Shown one piece after another: positions 28,887-38,200 of a stretch of DNA of 64,000 bases. The position numbers and the translations under genes were made by a program. Where the stretch lies: NCBI GenBank assembly GCA_963708045.1, contig OY970181.1:515740-579739 (forward strand). Direction: 5' to 3'. The notes under the pieces were generated by a model that saw nothing but the letters and a program-made list of their open reading frames with translations, had not been told where the DNA came from and searched no databases. This DNA is from an uncultured bacterium (lineage in GTDB: Bacteria > Patescibacteriota > Patescibacteriia > CAIQCM01). The number at the start of each line of letters is the position of its first letter. The stretch's first letter is position 1.

Positions 28887-29642
28887 TTATCTAGCCTCCT
28901 TAAAGTCGCGATACAGAGCAACCAGGGTCAAGAAAGGAAGAGAAATTACAACCCAACGGACAATGAGTGTGATGAAATAGTTGGCGTATGACATTATATT
29001 GGCGGTCATAACCGAGCCCGAGAGATTGTAGACAAGAACGGTGATGATATTAAGAAAAGCGGCGATGAGCCAAACACCGACAAAAATGCTAACGCCAATA
29101 ATAACGCTAATGCTAATTAGGTCAACAAGTAAAACAAAAAGTTTTCCTTGAGTGATTTCGCGGCTACGTGCGAGGGCGGCGCGTCCTCGTTTGCCTTCAA
29201 AAATTACCGTTTGTTCGGCAAACATATAGCGAAGGCTCCAAATAATGCCAGGGACGATAAGGAGGATGGTTCCGGCAATTACGATCAGCGAACGCAAAAT
29301 AGAAACCCAGAGAACCGAGAGAATCAAGGAAAGGCCTTTTTTAAACGAAGTCACGGCTTCAATTTTTTGGTTTTCAAAAAGACGGTTAAGGCTAAAGTAA
29401 AGGCTGATTGTGCTTGCCAAACAAAAAGCAATATAAATAATTCCTACCAAAATGTAGATTGTGGTCGTGGCGTAAGGCGGAAGGGGGACAATTTCCTGAA
29501 AACGTTTTAAAGGTAAAAAGACGCTGACAATACCGCTCACAATCATTGCAATGCCGAGTGGTAATGAGGCGATAATCACCGCCTTAAAATTTTTCGTGTA
29601 ATGATTCCAGATATTTTTTAATATGGTAACTGGATGAGTCAT
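28887..29642 (-). CDS. integral membrane protein (glycerophosphodiester phosphodiesterase membrane-domain-like)
   Basis: GTILLIVPGIIWSLRYMFA...ALARSREITQG motif. Confidence 0.7.
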   Translation of the reverse strand: MTHPVTILKNIWNHYTKNFKAVIIASLPLGIAMIVSGIVSVFLPLKRFQEIVPLPPYATTTIYILVGIIYIAFCLASTISLYFSLNRLFENQKIEAVTSFKKGLSLILSVLWVSILRSLIVIAGTILLIVPGIIWSLRYMFAEQTVIFEGKRGRAALARSREITQGKLFVLLVDLISISVIIGVSIFVGVWLIAAFLNIITVLVYNLSGSVMTANIMSYANYFITLIVRWVVISLPFLTLVALYRDFKEAR

Positions 29643-29645
29643 ATT

Positions 29646-29682
29646 GTTTAGGTATTAGGTTTTAGGTATTAGGTTTTAGGTA
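29646..29682. repeat. heptamer tandem repeat TTAGGT(A/T) x5
   Basis: TTTAGGTATTAGGTTTTAGGTATTAGGTTTTAGGTA. Confidence 0.85.
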
Positions 29683-29753
29683 TAGAGAGATAAGAATGAT
29701 GATGTAAAATTAAGAAGACTGTTACAAACTTCTTAATTCTTAAATCTTACCTC

Positions 29754-30203
29754 TTAATTCTTTTTGTCGGAATAGCCGCCCGTTGAACCAAAACTGCCAC
29801 GTGATGTTTTTTTAATATTTTCCACCTCGTTCCATTCGGCGCGTTCTATTTTAACAAACATTCCTTGAGCAATGCGTTCGCCGCGTTCTACGGTTACGGA
29901 GTCTTTTCCAATATTCCACAGTTGGAGATGGACTTCGTCGGCGGGGCCGCAAAAATCTTGATCAATGATGCCGACCGAATTTGGCATTAGCAGATTTTTT
30001 TTGCGCGAAAGCGATGAACGCGGCGCGATCATAAACATATATCCGGGCGGCGTTGCCACGATAACATTTGCTGGTACAAGCGCGATCTCATTAGGATTTA
30101 TGACCATTGTTTTCCTGACGAGCAAATCAAACGCCACCGATCCCTCGGTTTCGTGGCGCGGCAGGGGAAGATCTTTGTCTATCCGTTTGATTTCTACGAG
30201 CAT
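29754..30203 (-). CDS. dut: dUTP diphosphatase
   Basis: GSVAFDL, APRSSL, GIIDQDFCG, GERIAQG, RGSFGSTG; the upstream ATG at 30218 lies inside a repeat. Confidence 0.95.
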   Translation of the reverse strand: MLVEIKRIDKDLPLPRHETEGSVAFDLLVRKTMVINPNEIALVPANVIVATPPGYMFMIAPRSSLSRKKNLLMPNSVGIIDQDFCGPADEVHLQLWNIGKDSVTVERGERIAQGMFVKIERAEWNEVENIKKTSRGSFGSTGGYSDKKN

Positions 30204-30208
30204 GTTTT

Positions 30209-30288
30209 TATGAAACATGAATCATGAAACATCCTCGCCGCGCTTTGCGCGGCCAAAATGATCCATGTTGTGTGCTTCATGCTTCATT
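30209..30288. repeat. degenerate inverted heptamer arrays (ATGAAAC) around a GC hairpin, in the dut 5' region
   Basis: TATGAAACATGAATCATGAAACAT...GCCGCGCTTTGCGCGGC...GCTTCATGCTTCAT; TGATATAAT promoter at 30294-30286. Confidence 0.65.
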
Positions 30289-30294
30289 ATATCA

Positions 30295-30975
30295 CTAAAC
30301 CGTGAGGTTGATAGCCGGTCCCATTGTCGTCGTGATAACGGCTTTGACGATAAAATTACCCTTGGAAGCGGACGGGCGAGCGCGGCGAAGTGCCTCCATA
30401 AAAGCGGTGGCGTTTTCAGCGAGCTTGGTTTCGTCAAAAGAAACCTTGCCAAGAATGGCATGGACGTTTCCGGTGTCATCATTTTTAAAAGCGATTTTGC
30501 CTTTCTTTTGGTCTTCAACCATCGCTTTAATATTCGGGCCGACGGTGTCGGTTTTTGGGTTCGGCATCAAGCCCTTAGGACCGAGGATTCTTGCAATTTT
30601 GGCGAGCTTTGGCATCATATCCGGCGTTGCAATGGCCACTTCAAATTCAATTTTATTTGAAGACGCGATTTGGGCGATTAATTCTTCGCCGCCGACAATG
30701 TCGGCGCCGGCGTCCTTGGCTTCTTTTTCTTTTTCAACCGCGCCCGTGAAAACGGCAACTTTTTTGTTTTTGCCAGTACCATGGGGGAGCGAGACGGTTC
30801 CGCGCACCTGTTCGTCGCCTTGTTTTGGATCAATTCCAAGCTTGGCGTGGAATTCAACGGACGCGTCAAATTTAGCCACGCCGGTTTTTTTGGCTAAAGC
30901 CACAGCTTCGGCGAGTGAATAAGTTTTCTTGGGGTCAATCAACTTGACCGCTTCGGCATACTTTTTTCCTGACAT
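30295..30975 (-). CDS. rplA: 50S ribosomal protein L1
   Basis: AKFDASVE, VRGTVSLPHGTGK, ILGPKGLMPNPK, TTMGP. Confidence 0.98.
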   Translation of the reverse strand: MSGKKYAEAVKLIDPKKTYSLAEAVALAKKTGVAKFDASVEFHAKLGIDPKQGDEQVRGTVSLPHGTGKNKKVAVFTGAVEKEKEAKDAGADIVGGEELIAQIASSNKIEFEVAIATPDMMPKLAKIARILGPKGLMPNPKTDTVGPNIKAMVEDQKKGKIAFKNDDTGNVHAILGKVSFDETKLAENATAFMEALRRARPSASKGNFIVKAVITTTMGPAINLTV

Positions 30976-30983
30976 ATTTTTTT

Positions 30984-31011
30984 ATGGACCATGAACTATG
31001 GACCATGAACA
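30984..31011. repeat. heptamer tandem repeat ATG(G/A)AC(C/T) x4
   Basis: ATGGACCATGAACTATGGACCATGAACA. Confidence 0.75.
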
Positions 31012-31016
31012 ATTAT

Positions 31017-31048
31017 TTCGAGGCTCGGCCTCGAGGCTGAGCCTCGAA
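31017..31048. repeat. REP-like palindrome
   Basis: TTCGAGGCTCGGCCTCGAGGCTGAGCCTCGAA, near-perfect 32-bp palindrome. Confidence 0.65.
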
Positions 31049-31104
31049 GATTTGCCGGTGAATTAAAGAAACGGACCGCCATGGGTCCGTCTTTGGATCT
31101 CATG

Positions 31105-31187
31105 ACGTGGTATTAGCGAGCCGATGGACATCGGCTCTCCCACATCCGTTATGGCAATATATTAGCCCAAAGCCGTATTTTTGGCAA
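31105..31187 (-). promoter_or_regulatory. rplA promoter and L1 autoregulatory RNA site
   Basis: TTGCCA-17-TAATAT, then GTGGGAG-AGCCGATG/CATCGGCT-CGCTAATACCAC, matching the known L1-binding stem/asymmetric-loop motif. Confidence 0.75.
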
Positions 31188-31193
31188 GTCTAC

Positions 31194-31240
31194 CGTCATC
31201 CCAGCGATAAGCTGGGATCCAGTGATTCCTCGCAATGACA
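31194..31240. repeat. REP-like element remnants
   Basis: GTCATCCCAGCGATAAGCTGGGATCCAG followed by CCTCGCAATGAC. Confidence 0.55.
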
Positions 31241-31251
31241 AAAACACCGCA

Positions 31252-31701
31252 CTATTTCCCCAAATACATCCTAACTCCTTCTAAAAGGCCAGAAGTAAAG
31301 TATTTTTCTAATTCTATTTTATTTAGATTAACCCATTCAAATCCGGCGTGCTCGTCGCTGGTTTTTATTTCGCCGCCTAAGTATTGCGCTTCAAAGAAAA
31401 GATAAAGTACATGAACATCCTTACCGGTTTTGGTGAGCGAGGAGGGGATAATGTGGCGGCCGAAGGCGATAATTTTTGGTTGAAGTTTAAATTGAACGTC
31501 GCCGAGTTCCTCGGAAATTTCGCGGCTAATAATATCAGCAAAGTCGGCCTTAAATTCGTCCTCGTCAATTCGTCCGCCCGGAAGGTCGTAAAAGCCGGCA
31601 TAACTGCCGCGCGAAACCGCTTTGAGTGCCAAAATTTCGTTGCTCGCGTTTTTAAGGATGAGCTTTAGTGATATCTGACAGAGATCTTTTTCTTTTGCCA
31701 T
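31252..31701 (-). CDS. NUDIX hydrolase
   Basis: DLPGGRID...REISEELG, SDEHAGFEWV. Confidence 0.9.
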   Translation of the reverse strand: MAKEKDLCQISLKLILKNASNEILALKAVSRGSYAGFYDLPGGRIDEDEFKADFADIISREISEELGDVQFKLQPKIIAFGRHIIPSSLTKTGKDVHVLYLFFEAQYLGGEIKTSDEHAGFEWVNLNKIELEKYFTSGLLEGVRMYLGK

Positions 31702-31704
31702 AGG

Positions 31705-32127
31705 TTATTTTTTTGCAAACGAGATATACGTTCTCGCAAATTTTTTTATCGCCGGCGAGATTTTTAGTTTCAGCAGTTCGTTCGGCGTAACCCATTTGAG
31801 GTCGTCGTGTTCAAAACTTAGGACAACGTTTTTGCGCGGTGCGCAAGCAATATAATATAACTTAACCCAAAACTCGCCGCGATCGTTGATTTTTGACGAG
31901 GTATCCAAAAGCAGGAGCCCTGAAACTTTTAGCCCGGTTTCTTCTTTTATCTCACGAATAATTCCGGCCTTAGTGTCTTCGCCAAAATCCAAACGTCCGC
32001 CGGGGAGATCCCAATAAAGCGGTCTTGAAGGCGCGGTTTTTGTCCGTCTAATAGTCAAAATTTTTCCTTGCTCATTAAGAAGGATCGCCTTTTGCGAAAT
32101 TCTTGTGAGATAGTGCTTGTTTTTCAT
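31705..32127 (-). CDS. NUDIX hydrolase
   Basis: WDLPGGRLDFGEDTKAGIIREIKEETGL Nudix box; ATG 32127 preferred. Confidence 0.92.
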   Translation of the reverse strand: MKNKHYLTRISQKAILLNEQGKILTIRRTKTAPSRPLYWDLPGGRLDFGEDTKAGIIREIKEETGLKVSGLLLLDTSSKINDRGEFWVKLYYIACAPRKNVVLSFEHDDLKWVTPNELLKLKISPAIKKFARTYISFAKK

Positions 32128-32137
32128 AACGATAAAT

Positions 32138-32764
32138 TTATTTTCGCCGTTTCCATTTTTTATTTTTTTCGCCGCGGTCAACAAACCAAGCGTCATCGGC
32201 ATTGAACCACCAAGCATCGGGGTGCATTTTATTCATAAACTGCCCGATTTTTTTCGCGGCTGGAGTCTTAAGGCGTTTAAGGGCAATTATAATCCACGCG
32301 CGCGCTTTGGTGTTGCCTTTTACCTCTTCGGTGCGCAAGGTGGAGATCCATTCAAGCACGTCGGCATCCTTTACCAATTTTGCTTCAATTGTTTTTCGTT
32401 CCTGCTCTTCTTTAAAAAGAGAAAGAATTTCATCGCCAAAAGGGATGCTCTTCGCGATGTCAGCAACGGCATCGGCTTCGGCCAACCGTCCATAACGCTG
32501 GTGAACATAGTTATGGTCGGAGGTTCGGCCTTCGCCAATATCGTGGAACAAAGCCATAAGAATGACTTTTTCTTTGTTGGCTTTTGGTTCAAGGTGTGTG
32601 AGCGCATACGCGATCATCGCCGTATGAAACAAGTGTTCGGCCACCGACTGTTTGCCGCTTCCTAAAAACCAAAACCCCGAACGCGGCGTTTGGCTGTGAA
32701 TATTTGTTTCGTAAATAAAATCACTGATCTTGGCGTAAATGTGTTTTTGTTTTTTGTCAGGCAT
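32138..32764 (-). CDS. HD-domain hydrolase (YfbR/5'-deoxynucleotidase-like)
   Basis: PRSGF, QSVAEH, MALFHDIGE, KDADVLE. Confidence 0.9.
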   Translation of the reverse strand: MPDKKQKHIYAKISDFIYETNIHSQTPRSGFWFLGSGKQSVAEHLFHTAMIAYALTHLEPKANKEKVILMALFHDIGEGRTSDHNYVHQRYGRLAEADAVADIAKSIPFGDEILSLFKEEQERKTIEAKLVKDADVLEWISTLRTEEVKGNTKARAWIIIALKRLKTPAAKKIGQFMNKMHPDAWWFNADDAWFVDRGEKNKKWKRRK

Positions 32765-32787
32765 ATTTTCCGGTCAAGCTTTAATGT

Positions 32788-33171
32788 TTACACCTCTTTT
32801 CGTTCCTTCCATTCTTTTTGCACAATCCTAAAGTGAAAGAGAAAGAGGGGAAGCGCGATGACGAGCATAGACAGGTCGCGAACGGCGGAAGATTGGTTTT
32901 GGCGGACGGTATTTTCTTTGTTTTGCTTGTCTTGGAGATCGCACTCGGCTTGGGTTGGACCCGACGGAATGTCGTTTCCAACCGTGCTCGGCGTTTTTAT
33001 GCCGTAGCTACCAGGAATACATTGGCTGTACATTGGCTCGGCATTCTTAAAAACCCAGGTTTTAAGCCCAAGGTTAACAAGGTCAACGCAGGAAAATACC
33101 AGCATAAAGAGAGCGATGATTGAAACGGTGTAGAAATAGATTGAACGAATGATTTGTGTTGCTTTAGACAT
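32788..33171 (-). CDS. two-TM hypothetical protein (DUF5671-like)
   Basis: IYFYTVSIIAL...LSMLVIALPLFLFHFR. Confidence 0.75.
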   Translation of the reverse strand: MSKATQIIRSIYFYTVSIIALFMLVFSCVDLVNLGLKTWVFKNAEPMYSQCIPGSYGIKTPSTVGNDIPSGPTQAECDLQDKQNKENTVRQNQSSAVRDLSMLVIALPLFLFHFRIVQKEWKERKEV

Positions 33172-33255
33172 AAATTTAGCTTTTTAGGGTTAATAAAAAT
33201 TAAACCGCCCCTTGGACAGGGACGGTTTAATTATATACTACTTTATGTTTTATTT

Positions 33256-33293
33256 ACCACGTGCAACGTGCAATGTGCTATGTGCGACGTGCC
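33256..33293. repeat. heptamer tandem repeat A(C/T)GTGCN x5
   Basis: CCACGTGCAACGTGCAATGTGCTATGTGCGACGTGCC directly after the rplK stop. Confidence 0.8.
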
Positions 33294-33295
33294 AA

Positions 33296-33724
33296 CTAGC
33301 CTTCAATAACTTCCAAACCCATTTGACGGGCGGTTCCCATAATCTGGCTTATTGCGGATTCAATGTCGGTCGTGTTTAAGTCTGGCATTTTACGCTCGGC
33401 AATGGCGCGAACTTGCGACTTTTTCACTTTACCGACTTTTTCGGAAAGTGGCTTGCCCGAACCTTTGGTAATGCCGGCGGCTTTCATAAGCAAGTTGGAA
33501 GCTGGCGGGGTTTTTAACTTCATTGAGTACGTCCTGTCCTCGTAGATTGTGAGGTCAAGCGGAATGATGTCATCGCCCATCGCTTTGGTCGCGGCATTAA
33601 ACTTGGTGCAAAATTCACCAAGATTAAGACCGTGCGGGCCGAGCGCAGTTCCGACTGGCGGGGCGGGAGTCGCCTTTCCGGCCGGAATTTGCATTTTTAC
33701 GATTGTTTTAATTTTTTTGGCCAT
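33296..33724 (-). CDS. rplK: 50S ribosomal protein L11
   Basis: [35 protein letters not shown]. Confidence 0.98.
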   Translation of the reverse strand: MAKKIKTIVKMQIPAGKATPAPPVGTALGPHGLNLGEFCTKFNAATKAMGDDIIPLDLTIYEDRTYSMKLKTPPASNLLMKAAGITKGSGKPLSEKVGKVKKSQVRAIAERKMPDLNTTDIESAISQIMGTARQMGLEVIEG

Positions 33725-33852
33725 ATATTAGCTTGTAGATTGTAGGTTCATTAAAATTTATGAATTAGATGATGGCTTTGGAACCTCGAGAAGCGCAAGG
33801 TTTCAAACAATCATCCGTCTTCTAAATTCTAATCTCCAGGATCTAATCTCTT

Positions 33853-34398
33853 TTAGATTTTTTTAATTTGCAAGAAGTCCAATTCAACCGGCGTTTCGCG
33901 GCCAAACATATTAACCAACACTTTGACCTTGCCGCGTTCGGCGTCAATGTCGCTCACTTTGCCTTCAAAGTTTTTAAACGGTCCGTCATTAATGCGCACG
34001 GGGTCGCTCACCATAACGTCAATTTTGTATTGCGGCTCATCAACGCCCATCCGCTTTTGCAATGACTTGATTTCCTCGTCGGCAATTGGGGTCGGGGTAG
34101 TGCCGGTGCCAATAAAACCGGTAACGTTCGGCGTATTGCGGACAACGTACCATGAGTCGTCGGTCACAATCATATCTACAAGCACATATCCAGGGAAGAT
34201 TTTTTCTTCAATAACCTTGCGCTTGCCGTTTTTAATTTTGATTTTTTTCTCTTTTGGAATAAGGATGGCAAAAATTTTGTCTTCCATATCCATGGAGTCA
34301 ATGCGTTGTTTGAGGTTTTCGGCGACGTTTTCTTCGTAACCCGAGTAGGTGTGAATGGCGTACCAGCGTCGGCCTTGTTGAATGACTTGTTTTGGCAT
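33853..34398 (-). CDS. nusG: transcription termination/antitermination factor NusG
   Basis: WYAIHTYSGYE, FPGYVLV, VRNTPNVTGF, KOW DGPF, MFGRETPVEL. Confidence 0.98.
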   Translation of the reverse strand: MPKQVIQQGRRWYAIHTYSGYEENVAENLKQRIDSMDMEDKIFAILIPKEKKIKIKNGKRKVIEEKIFPGYVLVDMIVTDDSWYVVRNTPNVTGFIGTGTTPTPIADEEIKSLQKRMGVDEPQYKIDVMVSDPVRINDGPFKNFEGKVSDIDAERGKVKVLVNMFGRETPVELDFLQIKKI

Positions 34399-34399
34399 A

Positions 34400-34585
34400 T
34401 TAACGAGTAATAATTTTTGTGAGGCCGTAAGTAAAAAGAAGGTCGGCGGCACCAAGGTAAATAGCAATAAGAAGCGACACGCCAATAACAAGCAGGGTGT
34501 GTTTGGTCACCATTTCGCGATTTGGCCAGGAAACGCGGGAGAGCTCTTCTTTTGTTTCGTGGAAGAATTTGATAATTTTACCCAT
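34400..34585 (-). CDS. secE: preprotein translocase subunit SecE
   Basis: ELSRVSWP + single TM, directly upstream of nusG. Confidence 0.95.
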   Translation of the reverse strand: MGKIIKFFHETKEELSRVSWPNREMVTKHTLLVIGVSLLIAIYLGAADLLFTYGLTKIITR

Positions 34586-34760
34586 ATTTAACTAATTTTT
34601 TAGTCTTAAAAAAGCCCTGGCGGGCTTGGATAATGACTATAGCATATCTGCAAAAAGTGTCAATTTGGCAAAACAAAAACCCCGCCCTTATTTTGCTGTT
34701 GAAAAATATTTCAAAAATTCTTTTTAAAACCGGTCAGTAAAATAAGAGCGGGGTAAAAGT

Positions 34761-34853
34761 TTATCTTCGGCGCTTGGCCGCCTTCTTTACCTTGCGCACA
34801 ACTTTCTTGGCCTTGCGCACCACCTTTTTTTTCGCTGTCTTCTTTTTTGCCAT
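34761..34853 (-). CDS. 30-aa Lys/Arg-rich small basic protein (not in ORF track)
   Basis: MAKKKTAKKKVVRKAKKVVRKVKKAAKRRR*; strong SD GGAGGTG 6 nt upstream; long terminator-like hairpin 34677-34755 downstream. Confidence 0.75.
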   Translation of the reverse strand: MAKKKTAKKKVVRKAKKVVRKVKKAAKRRR

Positions 34854-35017
34854 TTAAAACACCTCCCTTCAAATTTGTTTCGCCAAGCTTAGCTCGGCAG
34901 AAAATTTTTTCGTGCCGTAAAACAATTGCACGTTAAATATATTCTAGCACGTTTTTACATTTTTGTCGGGGAAAAAACATCTGTGCATAACTTTTTAACA
35001 AAAAATAAAAAATATTT

Positions 35018-36916
35018 TTATTTAATTGGCAGAGTAAACCAAAACCTAGATCCTTTTTCGGGTTCGCTCGTAACGCCGATTTCTCCGCCCAACTTTTCAA
35101 TAATCATTTTGGCGATGTAGAGGCCAAGACCGATTCCTTCTTGCGATCGGCTGAACGAAGCATCGAGTTGTCCAAATTTTTTAAATATTTCGGATTGTTT
35201 TTCTTTAGCGATTCCCGGCCCTTCATCCGTGACACTTATGGTAATTTTGTTATTTTTAATATTAGAAACAGAAAGTTTAATAGTTTGTTCCCTTGGCCCA
35301 AACTTAATCGCGTTGTCTACAAGATCAAAAATAACTTGCGAAATTTTTTCTTGATCACTGATGATTACTTGCTCGGGCAAACTAACTTTTAATAATATTT
35401 TATCATCGCGGTCGCGGGCAATTGATTTTAGAATTGGTTCTAAGCCGTTTATAAAGTCGCCAACTTTAAAGGTCGTCGCATTCGTTGGTATATTTTTGTG
35501 TTCATAACGCGTGACGTCTAAGATTTGCTTGATTGTCCGAGACAACCGCTCGGCTTCCTCGTGAATAATATTGATATACTGATGCTCCTGAGTCGTGAGC
35601 GCTCCGTTTTCGTGTTCAATAATTTCCGAAAGCCCGATAATTGAAGTAAGCGGCGTGCGCAATTCGTGGGTGGCAATATTTATAAACTCGTCTTGAATTG
35701 TTTTAAGTTCAAGTAGTTCGCGTAGTTTTTTAACATCGGTTATGTCGCGGGCAACACAAACCAAGACGGTCTGGCCATAATAGTCAGCCTTTCGCGCGAT
35801 TAGTTCAAAGGGGATGGCTTGTCCATTTTTGGCGCGCATTTCTATTTGTAAAAATAACATTCCTTGGGACTTGACGCGGTTCACCCGTTCGGTAAGGATC
35901 TCAGGCAAACTATTTTTTGCCGGTAAAATTTCAAGATCTCGCGGTGTCATCTTTAGGAGTTCGTCATGGCGATAACTAAGTTTTTCACAAGCTGTCCGGT
36001 TGACTTCTATAAATTTTTTGTCATAAACATTTTCGCCGGGAAGAATAAAGATGGCGTCGCCAGCGCTGTCAAAAACCATTTTAAATTTTTTCTCGCCCAT
36101 AAGCGCCAGCCGTTTGAGATCGCGGACGCGGAAGTTTTTGCTCATATCGCGGCAGATTGCCACCATAAGTTTTCGGTTGTTTAAAACCATGATATGAGAG
36201 TGGATCTGAACGGGGATGATCTTGCCAAGTTTGGTCACGTGTTCGGTTTCAAAAACACCAACCCCTTTTTGTTTTACTAAGGCGATTTTTTCTAGGGTCG
36301 TAGGCCGTGTTGCTTGCGAATTAATGTCCATTGCTGACATTTTTAACAATTGCCGTCTGGTGTAGCCGCTTTGTCGGCAGGCCGCGTTGTTTACTTCAAC
36401 AAAGCGTCCGTTCTCGTCCAAAATATATATTGGATCGGCGGTGTTTTTGAAAATGGTTTTAAATTTAATATCATTGATAATCGCCGTTTGCTGCGTGTTT
36501 ATTTCTGGTGTTATGTCGCGGAAATACCAAACGCGACCGAGGTATTTTTTATTCGCGCCGAAGATTGGCGACGAATAGCGCGAGAAAGTGCGCCCGTCTT
36601 TTAGTTCAATTCGTTCGTAATTGTTTTCGTTCGGGTTTTGGTATAGATATGTAACTGTTTTTAAAAATTGGTTGGGGTTTTTAATGAGCCGCGTTACGTG
36701 TTTAAGAAATTTTTTGTCATTGTTCGTGCTTAACACCGCTTTTGGGATGAGCCACATTTTTCCAAAGAGGGTATTATGCGCCAAAATTTTTCCTTCCGAA
36801 CTAACAACAAGAATGCCGTCGGGCGAGGTTTCAAACTGTGCCGCTAAAAGTGCGTCCGTGCGAATATTTTTTTTGGCGTTCAAATTCTTTAATAATGGTT
36901 TTTTCTTGGTTGACAT
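35018..36916 (-). CDS. soluble sensor histidine kinase with three PAS domains
   Basis: PAS repeats (FETSPDGI, FKNTADPI, FDSAGDAI), H-box ATHELRTPL, NAIKF, DEGPGI, GIGLGL. Confidence 0.95.
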   Translation of the reverse strand: MSTKKKPLLKNLNAKKNIRTDALLAAQFETSPDGILVVSSEGKILAHNTLFGKMWLIPKAVLSTNNDKKFLKHVTRLIKNPNQFLKTVTYLYQNPNENNYERIELKDGRTFSRYSSPIFGANKKYLGRVWYFRDITPEINTQQTAIINDIKFKTIFKNTADPIYILDENGRFVEVNNAACRQSGYTRRQLLKMSAMDINSQATRPTTLEKIALVKQKGVGVFETEHVTKLGKIIPVQIHSHIMVLNNRKLMVAICRDMSKNFRVRDLKRLALMGEKKFKMVFDSAGDAIFILPGENVYDKKFIEVNRTACEKLSYRHDELLKMTPRDLEILPAKNSLPEILTERVNRVKSQGMLFLQIEMRAKNGQAIPFELIARKADYYGQTVLVCVARDITDVKKLRELLELKTIQDEFINIATHELRTPLTSIIGLSEIIEHENGALTTQEHQYINIIHEEAERLSRTIKQILDVTRYEHKNIPTNATTFKVGDFINGLEPILKSIARDRDDKILLKVSLPEQVIISDQEKISQVIFDLVDNAIKFGPREQTIKLSVSNIKNNKITISVTDEGPGIAKEKQSEIFKKFGQLDASFSRSQEGIGLGLYIAKMIIEKLGGEIGVTSEPEKGSRFWFTLPIK

Positions 36917-36919
36917 AAG

Positions 36920-37324
36920 CTAGGCGGCGTCATTGCTCATACTTTTAACAATCGCGTGAACTTTGGCGACAAAATCGTCCATCGCAAACGGTTTTTCCAT
37001 AACGCCTTTTACCGCCGATAGTTCTTTGAATTTTTCTATTGAAGTCTGAAAATCTTTTGATTCAATTGGTAGCGCCGAGATGATTAGAATTGGAATTTTG
37101 CTCATTTCGGCGCTAGTTGCCATTGCCGAACAAACATCAATACCACTAATGTCCGGCATCATTATGTCTAAGACGAGTAGATCGTAATTTGGATCATTGG
37201 TCATCATTGCTAGGGCTTGTTTGCCGCCGTAAGCCGAATCGGCAGTTATTTGTTTTTCGTTATGCAAGGCCGCTTTTAGTGTTTCCACGGTGTTTTTGTC
37301 GTTGTCAACGATTAGAATACGCAT
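36920..37324 (-). CDS. single-domain response regulator
   Basis: ILIVDND, DLLVLDIMMP, IPILIISA, EKPF. Confidence 0.93.
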   Translation of the reverse strand: MRILIVDNDKNTVETLKAALHNEKQITADSAYGGKQALAMMTNDPNYDLLVLDIMMPDISGIDVCSAMATSAEMSKIPILIISALPIESKDFQTSIEKFKELSAVKGVMEKPFAMDDFVAKVHAIVKSMSNDAA

Positions 37325-37330
37325 AAATTT

Positions 37331-38200
37331 TTATTTATGATTGAAATATTTTTCTAAAATTTTTAGATTTTTGTTGACTGGGCGGATAACTTCGCTCACG
37401 TCTTTGCCGATTGGTTCGGGGGTTGCGGTTATTTTTCTGCCAAGGGCGTTTTCGTATTTATAAATCAGGAGAGCGATTATTTCCGATGGGTCTTTTTCCA
37501 TTTTAATAACTCGTCCGGTGCGATTATCAACCAAAAGGCCGTCAATTTGATTGGCCATTATTAAGGCTTTGTTCCCGATTTGGTTTCGGATTTGGGCGAT
37601 AATATCGCTCGTGATTTCATAAAACAATCGATCGCGCGTTGGTGTTTTTTTGTATTCAAGCGGCGAGCCGCGCGAAATTCGTCTCCCCGCGTAAAAATTA
37701 CCAATAAACGCCGCCATTCCCGCAAGTAAAATAAGTCCGATTAAGCACAGCACGAAATCGCTTAAGAAAATGCCAAAAATTTTTGGTTCAATTTTGAATC
37801 TAAATTTTGACGATGCCGGCGCAATCTGTCCGGGATAAGTCACGGTGCTGGTTAATGTATAAACTCCGCTTCCTAGTCCGTTGGGTATCTGGATCGGACG
37901 TATAAAACTGCTGGTAGTTTCCACGGCAACGGTTTCTGATATTGAAGAAACGACGACGTTGCGCGGACTGGTAATGTCGTATTCAATTAAGATATCAACA
38001 CGTTTGGGTGCGCCAAAATTGGATAGCACAACCGAGGTGGGGAGAATGTCGCCCGACGCAAAACGGGTTGCCCCGCCACCGATCGCAAAGTTTGAAAAGA
38101 CTGACCCTTCGGCCAAAGCTGTCGTAGGTGACCCTAAAAATGACAGGGTTATTAAGGTGACAATCCAGGGGCATGGAAATTTTTTTAATTGAGTAATCAT
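37331..38200 (-). CDS. secreted Ig-like domain + TM + cytoplasmic alpha/beta domain protein
   Basis: Signal peptide (TALA|EG), beta-sandwich with GVYTLT, TM at about aa 143-166, about 110-aa cytoplasmic tail. Confidence 0.7.
   Translation of the reverse strand: MITQLKKFPCPWIVTLITLSFLGSPTTALAEGSVFSNFAIGGGATRFASGDILPTSVVLSNFGAPKRVDILIEYDITSPRNVVVSSISETVAVETTSSFIRPIQIPNGLGSGVYTLTSTVTYPGQIAPASSKFRFKIEPKIFGIFLSDFVLCLIGLILLAGMAAFIGNFYAGRRISRGSPLEYKKTPTRDRLFYEITSDIIAQIRNQIGNKALIMANQIDGLLVDNRTGRVIKMEKDPSEIIALLIYKYENALGRKITATPEPIGKDVSEVIRPVNKNLKILEKYFNHK

Noticed and set aside
34586-34760. tRNA-Trp/rpmG expected upstream of secE
   Set aside because: No cloverleaf or T-loop consensus and no L33 ORF; only a promoter and a hairpin
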